Below, in pieces: positions 49,398-58,648 of a stretch of DNA of 64,000 nucleotides. The stretch spans positions 1,376-65,375 of the forward strand of contig CAYWPD010000001.1 of NCBI GenBank assembly GCA_964460055.1. Direction: 5' to 3'. How positions within the stretch are numbered: the stretch's first letter is position 1; each line of letters begins with the position of its first letter. Position numbers and translations under genes: made by a program. Source of the stretch: an uncultured Candidatus Bathyarchaeia archaeon (lineage in GTDB: Archaea > Thermoproteota > Bathyarchaeia > RBG-16-48-13 > CAYWPD01). The notes under the pieces were generated by a model. That model was not told where the DNA came from. It did not search any database and worked only from the letters and a program-made list of their open reading frames with translations.

Positions 49398-49463
49398 CGT
49401 CTCTGCTTGGGCTTTTCAGACATGATGTCAGGGCATACCAAGAGCGTTGACCCCGCCGACGAT

Positions 49464-50333
49464 TCAGATCCGCTGCCATCGCCACGCCTCGGCACTACGG
49501 ACGACATGGCCGAGAGCCGGAAAGGGGAAGTGAAAGACGAGGACCTTGGACTTCTTGTCGACAGCCTTCTTGAGAAGTCGACGTCTAGTGTTCACGGCCT
49601 GCTCGGGAATAAGGTCGACAGCAGAATACCAGTCCGACGACTCCATGTGGATGGGATGGATAACGGCATCGGAGAGTATTAGCAGACTCTCGCCCTTTGA
49701 AGAGATATCCAGAGCCATGTGACCAGGAGTGTGGCCGGGTGCGGCAATGGCACGAATGCCGGGAACGATATCTGTCTCATGCTCTATGAGGTCGAGTTGG
49801 TCTCGAATCGCTGAAAGGTTGAGGCGCGCGACGGTGATGATGAGTGCCTTGATGCTTTCATCTATCTTCAGCTCGGCCAGGTTGAGCATTGAAGTCCAGA
49901 AGTCCCATTCTTTCCTCCGCATTACGAATCGGGCTCTGGGGAACGCCGGTTTGGCTTCGCCTACGGTGCTCCCTCCGATGTGGTCTGGGTGTGCGTGGGT
50001 GAGGATGACGATGTCGATGTCTGCAGGTGTGATCCTCTCTGCTAGCAAGTTCTGAAGCAATCTTCCCGTGTTTGATCCGAGTCCTCCAGCGCCTGTGTCA
50101 ACGAGTACTTGGTGTCTGCCGGTGTTGATTACGGCGCAGGTGTATGAGCTGATCCACTCTGTCCACTGTTCTGGTTGGATGTTGTGTTCGCGGAGTTTTT
50201 GGTCTAGGCGCTCTTTTGGTGCATTGGTGAATAGAAAGGATGAGGGATGAGAATATGTGAATGTGCCGTCGCTCACGGCTATGCACTGGAAGGCCCCTAT
50301 CTTGAATCGATATGTTTCAGAGCTCATTATCAT
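49464..50333 (-). CDS. MBL-fold metallo-hydrolase
   Basis: The HxHxDH motif ILTHAHPDHIGG plus downstream His/Asp ligands are present. It is 289 aa long. Confidence 0.75.
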   Translation of the reverse strand: MIMSSETYRFKIGAFQCIAVSDGTFTYSHPSSFLFTNAPKERLDQKLREHNIQPEQWTEWISSYTCAVINTGRHQVLVDTGAGGLGSNTGRLLQNLLAERITPADIDIVILTHAHPDHIGGSTVGEAKPAFPRARFVMRRKEWDFWTSMLNLAELKIDESIKALIITVARLNLSAIRDQLDLIEHETDIVPGIRAIAAPGHTPGHMALDISSKGESLLILSDAVIHPIHMESSDWYSAVDLIPEQAVNTRRRLLKKAVDKKSKVLVFHFPFPALGHVVRSAEAWRWQRI

Positions 50334-50436
50334 TCTGATTTGTAGGTTTCCGCTTTCCTGCTACTAAGAACTTTCCCGGGGTAAGGTTTCGTTTCTGAGT
50401 AATCGCGCTCGTTCACGAATCGGGGTCTCTCATCCT

Positions 50437-51150
50437 TTAGCGAGCGAAGACCCAAGTGACCTTCTCGTAACTTGACTTTATCCGATCGACGCGTTCTGTT
50501 GGCCAAACTTCGTCCCAGCCGAGCCCTAGGTCTTCATTGACCAGAACGACTGTGAGGTCAGTTCGCCAAGGCCTCTTCTCGATTATAGTTGTGACGTTGC
50601 AGATTCGCCTCGATGAGTTGCAGTCAATGCATCTGCCCGTTTCGGCACATGGCGTGTCAAACTGCTTAATCTTGGCATGGTATGGTGCTATCACGTTCTT
50701 TATGCGTTTGATCGCCTCCTCAACACTATTTACGATCTTGTTTCTGCCAGCGACGATGAAGACCTCTCTCGGACCGAAGATTGTCGACGCGACGCGGTTT
50801 CCGACTGCATCTATATTCACCAGTTTTCCATCCTCTGTGACGGCGTTTGTGCCGGTCAGGAACGCGTCGCACGAGAAGATTCTCCTCTGGACTTCCCCTC
50901 TGAATCTGATCAGATTTGGGTCCGTTGTCATCTCCTTTGAGAACGGATTGAATACTCTGTTTCCCCTTTTTTCGAGCTCTTCTATGATGCCGATCTGCTT
51001 GATGGTCGCTGAGTCTCCTATGCCCACCGTGGCGTCCTTCGAGACGGCGTTTGAGATGATTTCTTTCGCCTGCTCTGCGGTCTCTGCATACTTTGCATCA
51101 AAGTTGTTTGCGGTGAGATTCCTAAGAGTCTTTGTTAACTCTCTATTCAA
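50437..51150 (-). CDS. LUD domain protein (LutC/YkgG-like)
   Basis: A 237-aa ORF with a pattern consistent with the lactate-utilisation LUD domain (GIGDSATI...FLTGTNAVTEDG...IFIVAGRNKIV). Confidence 0.6.
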   Translation of the reverse strand: MNRELTKTLRNLTANNFDAKYAETAEQAKEIISNAVSKDATVGIGDSATIKQIGIIEELEKRGNRVFNPFSKEMTTDPNLIRFRGEVQRRIFSCDAFLTGTNAVTEDGKLVNIDAVGNRVASTIFGPREVFIVAGRNKIVNSVEEAIKRIKNVIAPYHAKIKQFDTPCAETGRCIDCNSSRRICNVTTIIEKRPWRTDLTVVLVNEDLGLGWDEVWPTERVDRIKSSYEKVTWVFAR

Positions 51151-51236
51151 GATCTAAGCCAGCTTCACTGACCATGAATAGCTTTAGTGCGATTTTGCAC
51201 AAAGCACAGGAGCTTGCAGCCGCCTTTAGCAAGATA

Positions 51237-52574
51237 TTAGGCCTTGATCTGCTTCTCGACCTCTTCTATGGATTTGTCGACGATCGATGTGATCTCCCTC
51301 ACCTGATCCTCTGTCGAGATCAGCATGGGAGCGACTTGGATTTGATCTCCGGCCAGACCTTCGATTGAAGGTCCTCCACAGTACACCAAAAGACTGTTCT
51401 TGAAGCACTGCTCGACCACGGACGAGCCTACCCCCATCTTCGTCGGGAAGATCTCCTTGGTTCTCTTGTCTTTGACGAACTCTATCCCGGCCATCAGGCC
51501 TTTGCCACGTACATCTCCGACGATTCTGTGCTTGTCTTTGGCTTCTTCCAGGCCTTCGAAGAGGGTTTTCTCAATGTTTCCAACTCTCGAGATCAGCTTA
51601 TGGTCCATCAGATACTCTAGAACCGCGAGTCCGACGGCGCAAGAGAGAGGATTTCCTCCGTAGGTGAATCCATGCACAAAGAGTGATTTCTTGAATGGCT
51701 CGAAGATCTCCGTGGATGCGATGAGGGCTCCTAGAGGTGCATAGCCGCTCGCGATCCCCTTTGCACAAATCATCATGTCGGGGACGACGCCATAGTGCTC
51801 TATGCCGAAGTTCTTCCCTGTTCTTCCGAAGCCGGTCTGCACCTCGTCTGAAATGAGGAGGATATTGAACTTGTCGCAGATCTCTTTGATGATTTTGAAG
51901 TACTCTTTGGGAGCCGGTACAGATCCGAGCGTTGATCCCACTATCGGCTCGGCGACGAACGCTGAGACGTACTCGGGGCCGGCGGTCTTTATGGCGCGCT
52001 CTAAATCTCTAGCGCATTCCAGATCGCAGCTAGGGTACTCCTTTCCGAACCAGCAACGGTAGCAGTACGCAGGGGCTATGTGAGGGAAGTCTAGGAGAAG
52101 CGGTACGTACTTTTCCCTTCGCATCGGGTGCCCCGAGGCCGATAGCGCACCCAAGGTGTTCCCATGATAGGAGAGCCACCTTGATATTGTCTTGTATCTT
52201 CGTGGTTCTCCCTTCTCGAGGAAGTACTGCCTAGCGAGTTTGATAGCCGACTCCATGGCCTCAGATCCACCCGAACATGGAAAGACCTTCTTGAGGTTGC
52301 CAGGACAGAGCTCTGAAACCTTCTCCGCGAATTTCTCCACGGGTTCGCATGTGAGGTGCATTGCGTGGGCGAAGGCGATCTTTCCTGCTTGGATTTTCAT
52401 CTTCTCGACGACTTCATCAACTCCGTGGCCGATTCCAACGCAGAGCGGGCCTCCGCTACCGTCGAGGTATCTTCTTCCATTGCTATCCCAGACGTACACG
52501 CCTTTTCCGTGGCTGACGTAGATGGGAGCTTCTGCCCTGTGAAACACATAGGACTCCTTGGGCTTCTCAGACAT
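51237..52574 (-). CDS. class III (aspartate aminotransferase family) PLP-dependent aminotransferase
   Basis: The N-terminal G.G.Y.WD..G..YLD pattern, LISDEVQTGFGRTG and a PLP-Lys in CAKGI are present. It is 445 aa long. Confidence 0.85.
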   Translation of the reverse strand: MSEKPKESYVFHRAEAPIYVSHGKGVYVWDSNGRRYLDGSGGPLCVGIGHGVDEVVEKMKIQAGKIAFAHAMHLTCEPVEKFAEKVSELCPGNLKKVFPCSGGSEAMESAIKLARQYFLEKGEPRRYKTISRWLSYHGNTLGALSASGHPMRREKYVPLLLDFPHIAPAYCYRCWFGKEYPSCDLECARDLERAIKTAGPEYVSAFVAEPIVGSTLGSVPAPKEYFKIIKEICDKFNILLISDEVQTGFGRTGKNFGIEHYGVVPDMMICAKGIASGYAPLGALIASTEIFEPFKKSLFVHGFTYGGNPLSCAVGLAVLEYLMDHKLISRVGNIEKTLFEGLEEAKDKHRIVGDVRGKGLMAGIEFVKDKRTKEIFPTKMGVGSSVVEQCFKNSLLVYCGGPSIEGLAGDQIQVAPMLISTEDQVREITSIVDKSIEEVEKQIKA

Positions 52575-52746
52575 CTAAACCACTGCCCGTATGTAACTTG
52601 CATCAGACTGGGCGTTAGGAATGATTATGTCTTTCTGCGATTTTCCGATCACCCGAACTGATGTTCAGTAGAGCATCGCGCTTGTCTGACTTGACAAGAA
52701 ACTGCCTCCAAAAGAACAAGTGTGCCTAGATCGAATGCAGGCAACC

Positions 52747-53091
52747 CTAACAGGTAAGATGCAGTGCGGCAACAGCCTTCTTGGTCTTTGTGAGGCTGTT
52801 GAAGAGTTCAACGGCTTCTCTCGTGGGCTTGGCTACCAAATCGATACCAAGAGACTTCGCCCACTCCATTGTCTCCGATGAAACACGCATCAATCCGGAG
52901 TATCCTGTGCCCACGATGAGCGGCTCAGGCTTGTAGGGGACAACGTCTTCAAGGTCTGCAGGTTGTAGTCTGTGTCCCTCAGTCCTCCACCAGTTCTCTT
53001 TGATGTGATCCGGATAGATTATTAGGTCGCGGTGAAGTACTCTGCCATCCACAATGATTCTGCCGAACCGGTATTCCTCAATATGCACCAT
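52747..53091 (-). CDS. Mth938-like domain protein
   Basis: A 114-aa ORF with the pattern IEEYRFGRIIVDGRVLHRDLII...PEPLIVGTGYSG typical of Mth938/DUF498. Confidence 0.55.
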   Translation of the reverse strand: MVHIEEYRFGRIIVDGRVLHRDLIIYPDHIKENWWRTEGHRLQPADLEDVVPYKPEPLIVGTGYSGLMRVSSETMEWAKSLGIDLVAKPTREAVELFNSLTKTKKAVAALHLTC

Positions 53092-53118
53092 GAAAGATCG
53101 TCTCTGGATCCTACTGAT

Positions 53119-53403
53119 CTACCCTCCAGCTATGGCCGGTACGATGAGCACTTCGTCTTGCTCGCCGATCTTGGTCTCAAGGCCCTGAAGCTGGTTCATA
53201 TGTTTCTTGTTCACGAAGACATTTATGAACGGCTTGACCTTGCTATCGTCATCGAATACTAGCGAAGTGAACTGTTCTCCGAAGGTCGTCTTTAGCGTCT
53301 CAAGCGCTTCTCTAAGCGTCTTGGATGGAATTTGTAGCTCCTTGTCTCCCTTAGCGACGTCTGACACTCTGCCGAAGAGCCTTACCCTTGCCATCTTGCT
53401 CAT
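53119..53403 (-). CDS. MoaD/ThiS-family ubiquitin-like sulfur-carrier protein (SAMP-like)
   Basis: A 94-aa ORF ending in the diglycine ...VPAIAGG, with a beta-grasp-like pattern. It starts 4 bp after the upstream gene stop. Confidence 0.6.
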   Translation of the reverse strand: MSKMARVRLFGRVSDVAKGDKELQIPSKTLREALETLKTTFGEQFTSLVFDDDSKVKPFINVFVNKKHMNQLQGLETKIGEQDEVLIVPAIAGG

Positions 53404-53406
53404 TTC

Positions 53407-54336
53407 CTAAGTGAAGTGTTCCATGTAGTGAGGTGGTTCATGATGGGCCTCATCGATGAGTCTCGTGTCAAAGATCTCTTCTCGATCGAGGGTTCTCTTG
53501 ATATAACCCATCCGCTTGAGCACCGGGACAAACCTCATCGTTGAATCGATGTAGTACTGAGGCAGGCTAGCACAGTATCTTGGGGATGTGCTTAGCGCCT
53601 TCACGACGAAATCCCTGTCCACGACTCCCATCACTTTCACGACGATATCTGCAGCTCGGCCTACGTCTTTACGCATCAGGTTGGTTGCCTCTTCGTGGAG
53701 TTTGATGAACCCCATCACCTTCTCAGGCTGCTCTTTCAGCATGTCTTTCTTGACCACAATGCCGTAGCTGGGGTTGTATGGCCAGAGTCTTCTCGGCGGA
53801 ATTATATGCTTGGATCCGACCGCCCTTTCACAGAGCACAGCCAGCGGAGGAGTTCCTACGGTCGCTTCTATCTCTCCTGAGGCCATCGCCTCTGGTATGA
53901 AGTCGGCCCAATCATAGTTCTTGACGATCACCCTTTCTTCGAGGCCAATTTCTCTCAGGAGATTGCGGACTATTACATCGTGGATAGAGCCTCTCGGAGG
54001 CGAGCCTATGGCTGTGAACTGCTCAAGAGTCTCTCTTAAGCTGCCGCCGATCTCGTCTAGGGCTCGGAAGTGTGGCTTCGCCACGAAGATCGTGCCCTCA
54101 ATATGACCTCCTGCCACACAAATGATCTGAACTCCTCTTTCTATACCGATCATGGTCGGTGGAAGGCCGATGTAGCCCAGATCTAGTTCATCTCTTTCGA
54201 GGGAGTTGACTATAGGCGGCCCGCCGCCGAAGATCCTCCATTCGGGCTCCTCTCCCAATCTATTCTCCATCCACCTAAGGCCTCTGAGGATGAATGAGGT
54301 GTGATAGGCCGTCGTGAGTTGTCCTATCCTAAGCAT
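53407..54336 (-). CDS. NMT1/THI5-like (NitT/TauT SBP fold) protein, apparently cytoplasmic
   Basis: A 309-aa ORF with no N-terminal signal peptide or lipobox. It has SBP-like fold motifs (LGYIGLPPTMI... and GEIEATVG). Confidence 0.5.
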   Translation of the reverse strand: MLRIGQLTTAYHTSFILRGLRWMENRLGEEPEWRIFGGGPPIVNSLERDELDLGYIGLPPTMIGIERGVQIICVAGGHIEGTIFVAKPHFRALDEIGGSLRETLEQFTAIGSPPRGSIHDVIVRNLLREIGLEERVIVKNYDWADFIPEAMASGEIEATVGTPPLAVLCERAVGSKHIIPPRRLWPYNPSYGIVVKKDMLKEQPEKVMGFIKLHEEATNLMRKDVGRAADIVVKVMGVVDRDFVVKALSTSPRYCASLPQYYIDSTMRFVPVLKRMGYIKRTLDREEIFDTRLIDEAHHEPPHYMEHFT

Positions 54337-54417
54337 CTATATCCGCTCTCTCTGGACTGGTTCTGGGAACCGCTGCCTAAAACCTTCTCAGACCATAATT
54401 AAGGCATCTCCGCAGTC

Positions 54418-54984
54418 TCATGATTTGAAACTGGAAACCGCGCGAATGAACCTCTCCTTTATCCGCTGAGGCGACAGCTCGATTTCCGGGACGTCGGCAT
54501 TTCCCTTCTCCACTTTGACAACGATTACATGGGGGCCTTCGCTTCGCAGAGCTTCCTTCAATACCTTACTCAATGATTCTAAATCGCTGATCTGGCGTGT
54601 TGATCTAATCCCTGCTGCCTTTGCGATTTCCGCTAGGTCTGTCGCACCGGAGGTCGCGGTCTCCTGCCCTCCAGTGGTTCCATATGAGGCATTGTCTAGG
54701 ACCAACAGTACCAAGTTCTTTGGCGATGTGTAGGCAATTGTAGCAAGCGAGCCTAGATTCATGAGCAGTGAACCGTCTCCGTCTGCCACGATGACCTTCC
54801 TCCTTAGTGCGATGGAGAGCCCTAGCCCTATGGATGAGGCCAATCCCATGGAGCCCAGCATGTAGAAGTTGAGATCCCGATCTCCAACTGAGTATAATTC
54901 TCTACTGGGATACCCTAGATTGCAGACCAGAGGAAAACCGGCACAATATTCGACAAGCGCCTTTAGCGCATCGATTCTTTTCAT
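54418..54984 (-). CDS. sulfopyruvate/phosphonopyruvate decarboxylase beta subunit (ComE-like, TPP-binding)
   Basis: The TPP-binding motif GDGS...N (VIVADGDGSLLMNLG...LDNASYGTTGGQ) is present. It is 188 aa long and starts 7 bp after the ComD-like stop. Confidence 0.7.
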   Translation of the reverse strand: MKRIDALKALVEYCAGFPLVCNLGYPSRELYSVGDRDLNFYMLGSMGLASSIGLGLSIALRRKVIVADGDGSLLMNLGSLATIAYTSPKNLVLLVLDNASYGTTGGQETATSGATDLAEIAKAAGIRSTRQISDLESLSKVLKEALRSEGPHVIVVKVEKGNADVPEIELSPQRIKERFIRAVSSFKS

Positions 54985-54990
54985 CGTGCA

Positions 54991-55518
54991 TCAGCGGCCG
55001 AATAGATCCATGCCCAAGATGACGGCGACTGGTGTCCTTTCTTCTGTGGAGAATTTTTCGGCTTGAGAGATTGTGTTACGGATCTCTTTGGGTGTCTTGG
55101 GTTCAAACGCTCGCACGCCTATGCTGCTTAAGAGACCTTCGATTGCTCTGCCCATGATCAGTTGTGTGGGTATCTTCTCTCTTCGTCCTCCTCTCCGCGA
55201 CATGACTAGGAGCAATGGAACTTCGTAAGGAATAGCAAGCGATGCCAAAGCGGCTATTGAGTTGCCTAAGCCGGTATTTTGCATTAGGACTGCTGCTTTT
55301 TTTCCGCCGAGACATGCTCCGGTTGTTATGCCTATGGCTTCTTCTTCACGTGTGGCTGTGATGGAGGTTATCCGTTGGTCAGCCTGTATCATTTCGATGA
55401 TATCCTTCAAGAGCGCGTCGGGCACGAAGCTGAAAAAACTGTAGCCGGAAGACTTTAGCGCAAGATAGGTCGCTCTGCTTGTCTTTGTGAACTGAGTCTC
55501 GGAGTTCTCCTTAACCAT
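54991..55518 (-). CDS. sulfopyruvate/phosphonopyruvate decarboxylase alpha subunit (ComD-like, TPP PYR domain)
   Basis: A PYR-domain pattern, TREEEAIGITTGACLGGKKAAVLMQNTGLGN, is present. It is 175 aa long. Confidence 0.7.
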   Translation of the reverse strand: MVKENSETQFTKTSRATYLALKSSGYSFFSFVPDALLKDIIEMIQADQRITSITATREEEAIGITTGACLGGKKAAVLMQNTGLGNSIAALASLAIPYEVPLLLVMSRRGGRREKIPTQLIMGRAIEGLLSSIGVRAFEPKTPKEIRNTISQAEKFSTEERTPVAVILGMDLFGR

Positions 55519-55557
55519 GTCTTCTGCACCGCAGCGAGGTGTCTCGTCAACGATGTC

Positions 55558-56460
55558 TTACTTCTCGCCTTTAAGCCAGCCAGGTTGCCTGAAGGCCGGG
55601 TCTGGATACGTGTAGAACCCTCTTCCAGTCTTTACGCCGAGTTGTCCTTTCTCAGTCATCTCTCTCAGAGCTTGTGGCGGCTTGTCTCTCGGATCGCCGG
55701 ACTCGTTGAAATAGACATTCTCAATGTCATAAACCACGTCCAAACCAATCTCGTCCATTATGCCGAAGATCCCGCTGGACGACCCGGTGAAGACGATCCA
55801 GGCCCTGTCTATGTCTTGGAAGTCCGCATAGCCGTTTGCCCACATGTACAGGGCCTCCTTCTTTATGGCGCGCCATATTCGGTTGAAGACGAAGCCCGTT
55901 ATCTCCTTCTTGACAGCAAGTGGGATGCAGTCGATGCTTCGTATCCAGCGTCTCGCCTTCTCTATCGTCTCGGGAGAAGTCTTTGTGCCTCCCATCAAGT
56001 CGGCGATGTTCTTCTTGTTGATTAGGGAGTAGAAGTGAATGTTGAGGACCTTGTCTTGGCGTCTCGTAGCGCTCTCGATCTTGGAGACTCTGATGGAGGA
56101 GCTGTTGGTGGCCAAGATCGTGTGAGGAGGGCATATCTCATCCAGCTTCGCGAACACCTCTCTCTTGGGCTCAAGCTTCTCAACAATCGCTTCAACCACT
56201 AGGTCCGCTTTCTTCACGGCCTCCGCAAGATCCAGAGTGAAATGAATGCGATCGACGATCTTAGCTCGATCTTTTTCAGTAATTTCCTTCAGATCTATTT
56301 TTTCGGCAAGTGATAGATTGATGGTCGCCTTCGCCCGCTCTATAGCGCTCTCCAGAAGATCAGTTATCGAGACGTCGTAACCGTGGATTGCGGCTTGAAG
56401 CGCAATTTGCCAGCCCATCGTGCCTGCTCCAACGACTGCAACATTCCTGATGTCACTCAT
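55558..56460 (-). CDS. 3-hydroxyacyl-CoA (3-hydroxybutyryl-CoA) dehydrogenase
   Basis: An N-terminal Rossmann motif, VAVVGAGTMGWQIA, the 3HCDH signature region and a C-terminal dimerisation domain are present. It is 300 aa long. Confidence 0.85.
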   Translation of the reverse strand: MSDIRNVAVVGAGTMGWQIALQAAIHGYDVSITDLLESAIERAKATINLSLAEKIDLKEITEKDRAKIVDRIHFTLDLAEAVKKADLVVEAIVEKLEPKREVFAKLDEICPPHTILATNSSSIRVSKIESATRRQDKVLNIHFYSLINKKNIADLMGGTKTSPETIEKARRWIRSIDCIPLAVKKEITGFVFNRIWRAIKKEALYMWANGYADFQDIDRAWIVFTGSSSGIFGIMDEIGLDVVYDIENVYFNESGDPRDKPPQALREMTEKGQLGVKTGRGFYTYPDPAFRQPGWLKGEK

Positions 56461-56549
56461 GTAGAATCACGCCTTCTCTCAAAAGAAAAGCGCGTCCTCG
56501 GAATTTGCTTTATCTGTCTTTGCAGCAGATCTAGAACTAGGCGTGTGGT

Positions 56550-56849
56550 TTGAAGTTCTTAGTTGTCGAGAAACCAAAACCGGGAGTCAAGGCGTCAGCC
56601 CTATCCAAACTGAGCCTGCTCCAGCCCGCATACTTCAAGAAACTCCAGAAAGAAGGGAAGATCGAGAGATACTATCATTTGATCGGATTGCAGGGGCTCA
56701 TTTACGTGTGCGATGTCTCCTCTGAGGAGGAGCTGTCGAAGATTGTGAGCCAAGACCCAATGTTCTTCCATTCTCGAAGAAGGGTCTATCCGTTGATTTC
56801 GCCGGAGACTCATGAGAAGATTGTCAGAGAGGTCTTCCCGACAAAATAG
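56550..56849 (+). CDS. muconolactone isomerase-like / small alpha+beta barrel protein, tentative
   Basis: A 99-aa ORF, MKFLVVEKPKPGVK..., whose size and pattern resemble MLI/Dabb-type ferredoxin-like proteins. Confidence 0.4.
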   Translation: MKFLVVEKPKPGVKASALSKLSLLQPAYFKKLQKEGKIERYYHLIGLQGLIYVCDVSSEEELSKIVSQDPMFFHSRRRVYPLISPETHEKIVREVFPTK

Positions 56850-56911
56850 TGGAGAGCACATGCACTGGATCTCGGTAGCTCCCACAGTATGTGAGACACG
56901 ATGAGAGCTAG

Positions 56912-57316
56912 TTGAGGCGGCGAATATTGGAAACTAGGTTCAACAGAAAGTCGGTGGATGATTGGGTCTCGATATGGAATTCCTATGATCTTTCGAGGGT
57001 TGACAGACTCTTTCTGAACGACCCGAGGGTAACCTACTTCTCGTCGGAAAGGCGGGGGCTGATAAAGGGGATAGACGCTCTCATCAAGCATCACGAGGGT
57101 TTCGGCTTCGTCAGGAGCGGTAAGATCCATCCGAACAAGCTGTGGCTTGAGGATGTTGACGTTGAAGACTTCGGCAAGACCGCTATTGTCACAGCGATAT
57201 GGTGCTTCAGGAGGGGAGACTCGGAGAGTGTCCAGCGTGGCCCAGTCACGCTGGTCTTTGTCCGTGTGGGAGACGAGTATCGTATAGCCCACGCCAACTT
57301 CTCCAGTTACCGCTGA
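56912..57316 (+). CDS. SnoaL/NTF2-like fold protein (DUF4440-like), tentative
   Basis: A 134-aa ORF with a pattern consistent with NTF2-like cone-shaped alpha+beta barrel proteins. Confidence 0.4.
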   Translation: MRRRILETRFNRKSVDDWVSIWNSYDLSRVDRLFLNDPRVTYFSSERRGLIKGIDALIKHHEGFGFVRSGKIHPNKLWLEDVDVEDFGKTAIVTAIWCFRRGDSESVQRGPVTLVFVRVGDEYRIAHANFSSYR

Positions 57317-57391
57317 TGTCGATCCCAGAAAGAGAAGCGGTGCGAACACTTCCTGTAGGAGCCTGCTGGGCTAGACAAAAAGGGAAATGGG

Positions 57392-58573
57392 CTAGTTGAA
57401 GGGGCTTCTAAACGTCTCTGTGATACTTATTCTCCGCTTCTTGAGTTCTGCGAAGAACTTCTTGGAGAGCTTCTCGTCGTAGCCGATCTTGACAGGATGT
57501 ATTACTCCTTGAGTATCCATCTCACCCTTGGCTATCATCTGGGCTACGATGCTGCATGGGAACGCTGTCGTACGCGCCATCGCGGAGATGTCGTTCTTGG
57601 GATCATAGAAGTCCATGAACTCCCAGATGTAGCCTGCCGCCTTTCCGCCTTTCACGCCTGAAACCTCGACCCTCTGACATACGGCGTCGCCCTCGCCGGG
57701 CCCGTATTGCAGAGTCTTCTCGCCAAGCGCGATGAAGAGGTCTAGAGGCTTGACATAGGCGTCCTTCACTCTGACTGTCTCCTCATCCAGCAGGTGCAGC
57801 TCCTTGAGCTTCTTCCAGATCTCACAGTGGCCAGGCCATCGGACGGTCTGGGCATAAGCGTCCTCCACACCCTTGAGCCCAAGGTGCTCAACGACATCGT
57901 TGAGGCCACCTGTGGTGAAAGCCTCGAGTCTGCCGAGAGGCTCTGGGAAAACTATCTCCCGCGCATCGCTCAATGCGGGGATCTCGACCATCTTGCCATT
58001 CTTGAGTACTCTGTTTACACCCAAGTTGGTCGCTACAGCCAGAGGCCAGTACCACGAGATCTTATAGCTGAGTGGGTTATAGTAGCCGGGGGTCCCCTTC
58101 TGAGGGAAACCTCCACAAGCAACGTAGAACCTCTCAGCCTTGTCAAGCTTCCGGGCTCCCACTCCGCAGAGAACCCTGTCGATGCCTATGTCGAGCCCGA
58201 TGTGAGGGACAACTGTGATTCCGGCCCTCTTTGCTGCCTTGTGATGGCTGAAGATCGTGGCGAAGGAGGCTGCGATATCGGCGTAGCCAACACCTGCTTC
58301 GATCGTTGCGGCAACAGCCAAGTCGCAGAATTGACGGGGGAGGGCGCTGGCTACCACGTCGAAGTCATCCTTGATTAGTTTGACCGTCGCGTTCTTGTGC
58401 GTGACGTCGGCTTTGGCAATGGTGATCTTGTCACCTCCGACTCTTGCGGCCACCGCTCTAGCTTGGTCGAGGTTCACGTCAGCCGCGACGATCTCGGTGA
58501 CTTTAGGCTGGGCGTTAAGATCCTTGAGTAGGCCGTAGCCCATCTTTCCTGTGCCGAGGACGAGCACTTTCAT
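57392..58573 (-). CDS. saccharopine dehydrogenase family NAD(P)-binding protein (paralog 2)
   Basis: An N-terminal motif, KVLVLGTGKMG, and a length of 393 aa fit this family, and the ORF is similar to 38108..39271. Confidence 0.75.
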   Translation of the reverse strand: MKVLVLGTGKMGYGLLKDLNAQPKVTEIVAADVNLDQARAVAARVGGDKITIAKADVTHKNATVKLIKDDFDVVASALPRQFCDLAVAATIEAGVGYADIAASFATIFSHHKAAKRAGITVVPHIGLDIGIDRVLCGVGARKLDKAERFYVACGGFPQKGTPGYYNPLSYKISWYWPLAVATNLGVNRVLKNGKMVEIPALSDAREIVFPEPLGRLEAFTTGGLNDVVEHLGLKGVEDAYAQTVRWPGHCEIWKKLKELHLLDEETVRVKDAYVKPLDLFIALGEKTLQYGPGEGDAVCQRVEVSGVKGGKAAGYIWEFMDFYDPKNDISAMARTTAFPCSIVAQMIAKGEMDTQGVIHPVKIGYDEKLSKKFFAELKKRRISITETFRSPFN

Positions 58574-58648
58574 CTTGATCCCATAAGAATCTCGTAGGCA
58601 TGGAAATTAAGCGTTAGTCGAGTGGCCCAATAGCCGAGTCGTCTGGCT

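Noticed and set aside
50537-51157. A 206-aa plus-strand ORF.
   Set aside because: It is antisense to the LUD-domain gene and has a low-complexity hydrophobic/Ser-rich translation.
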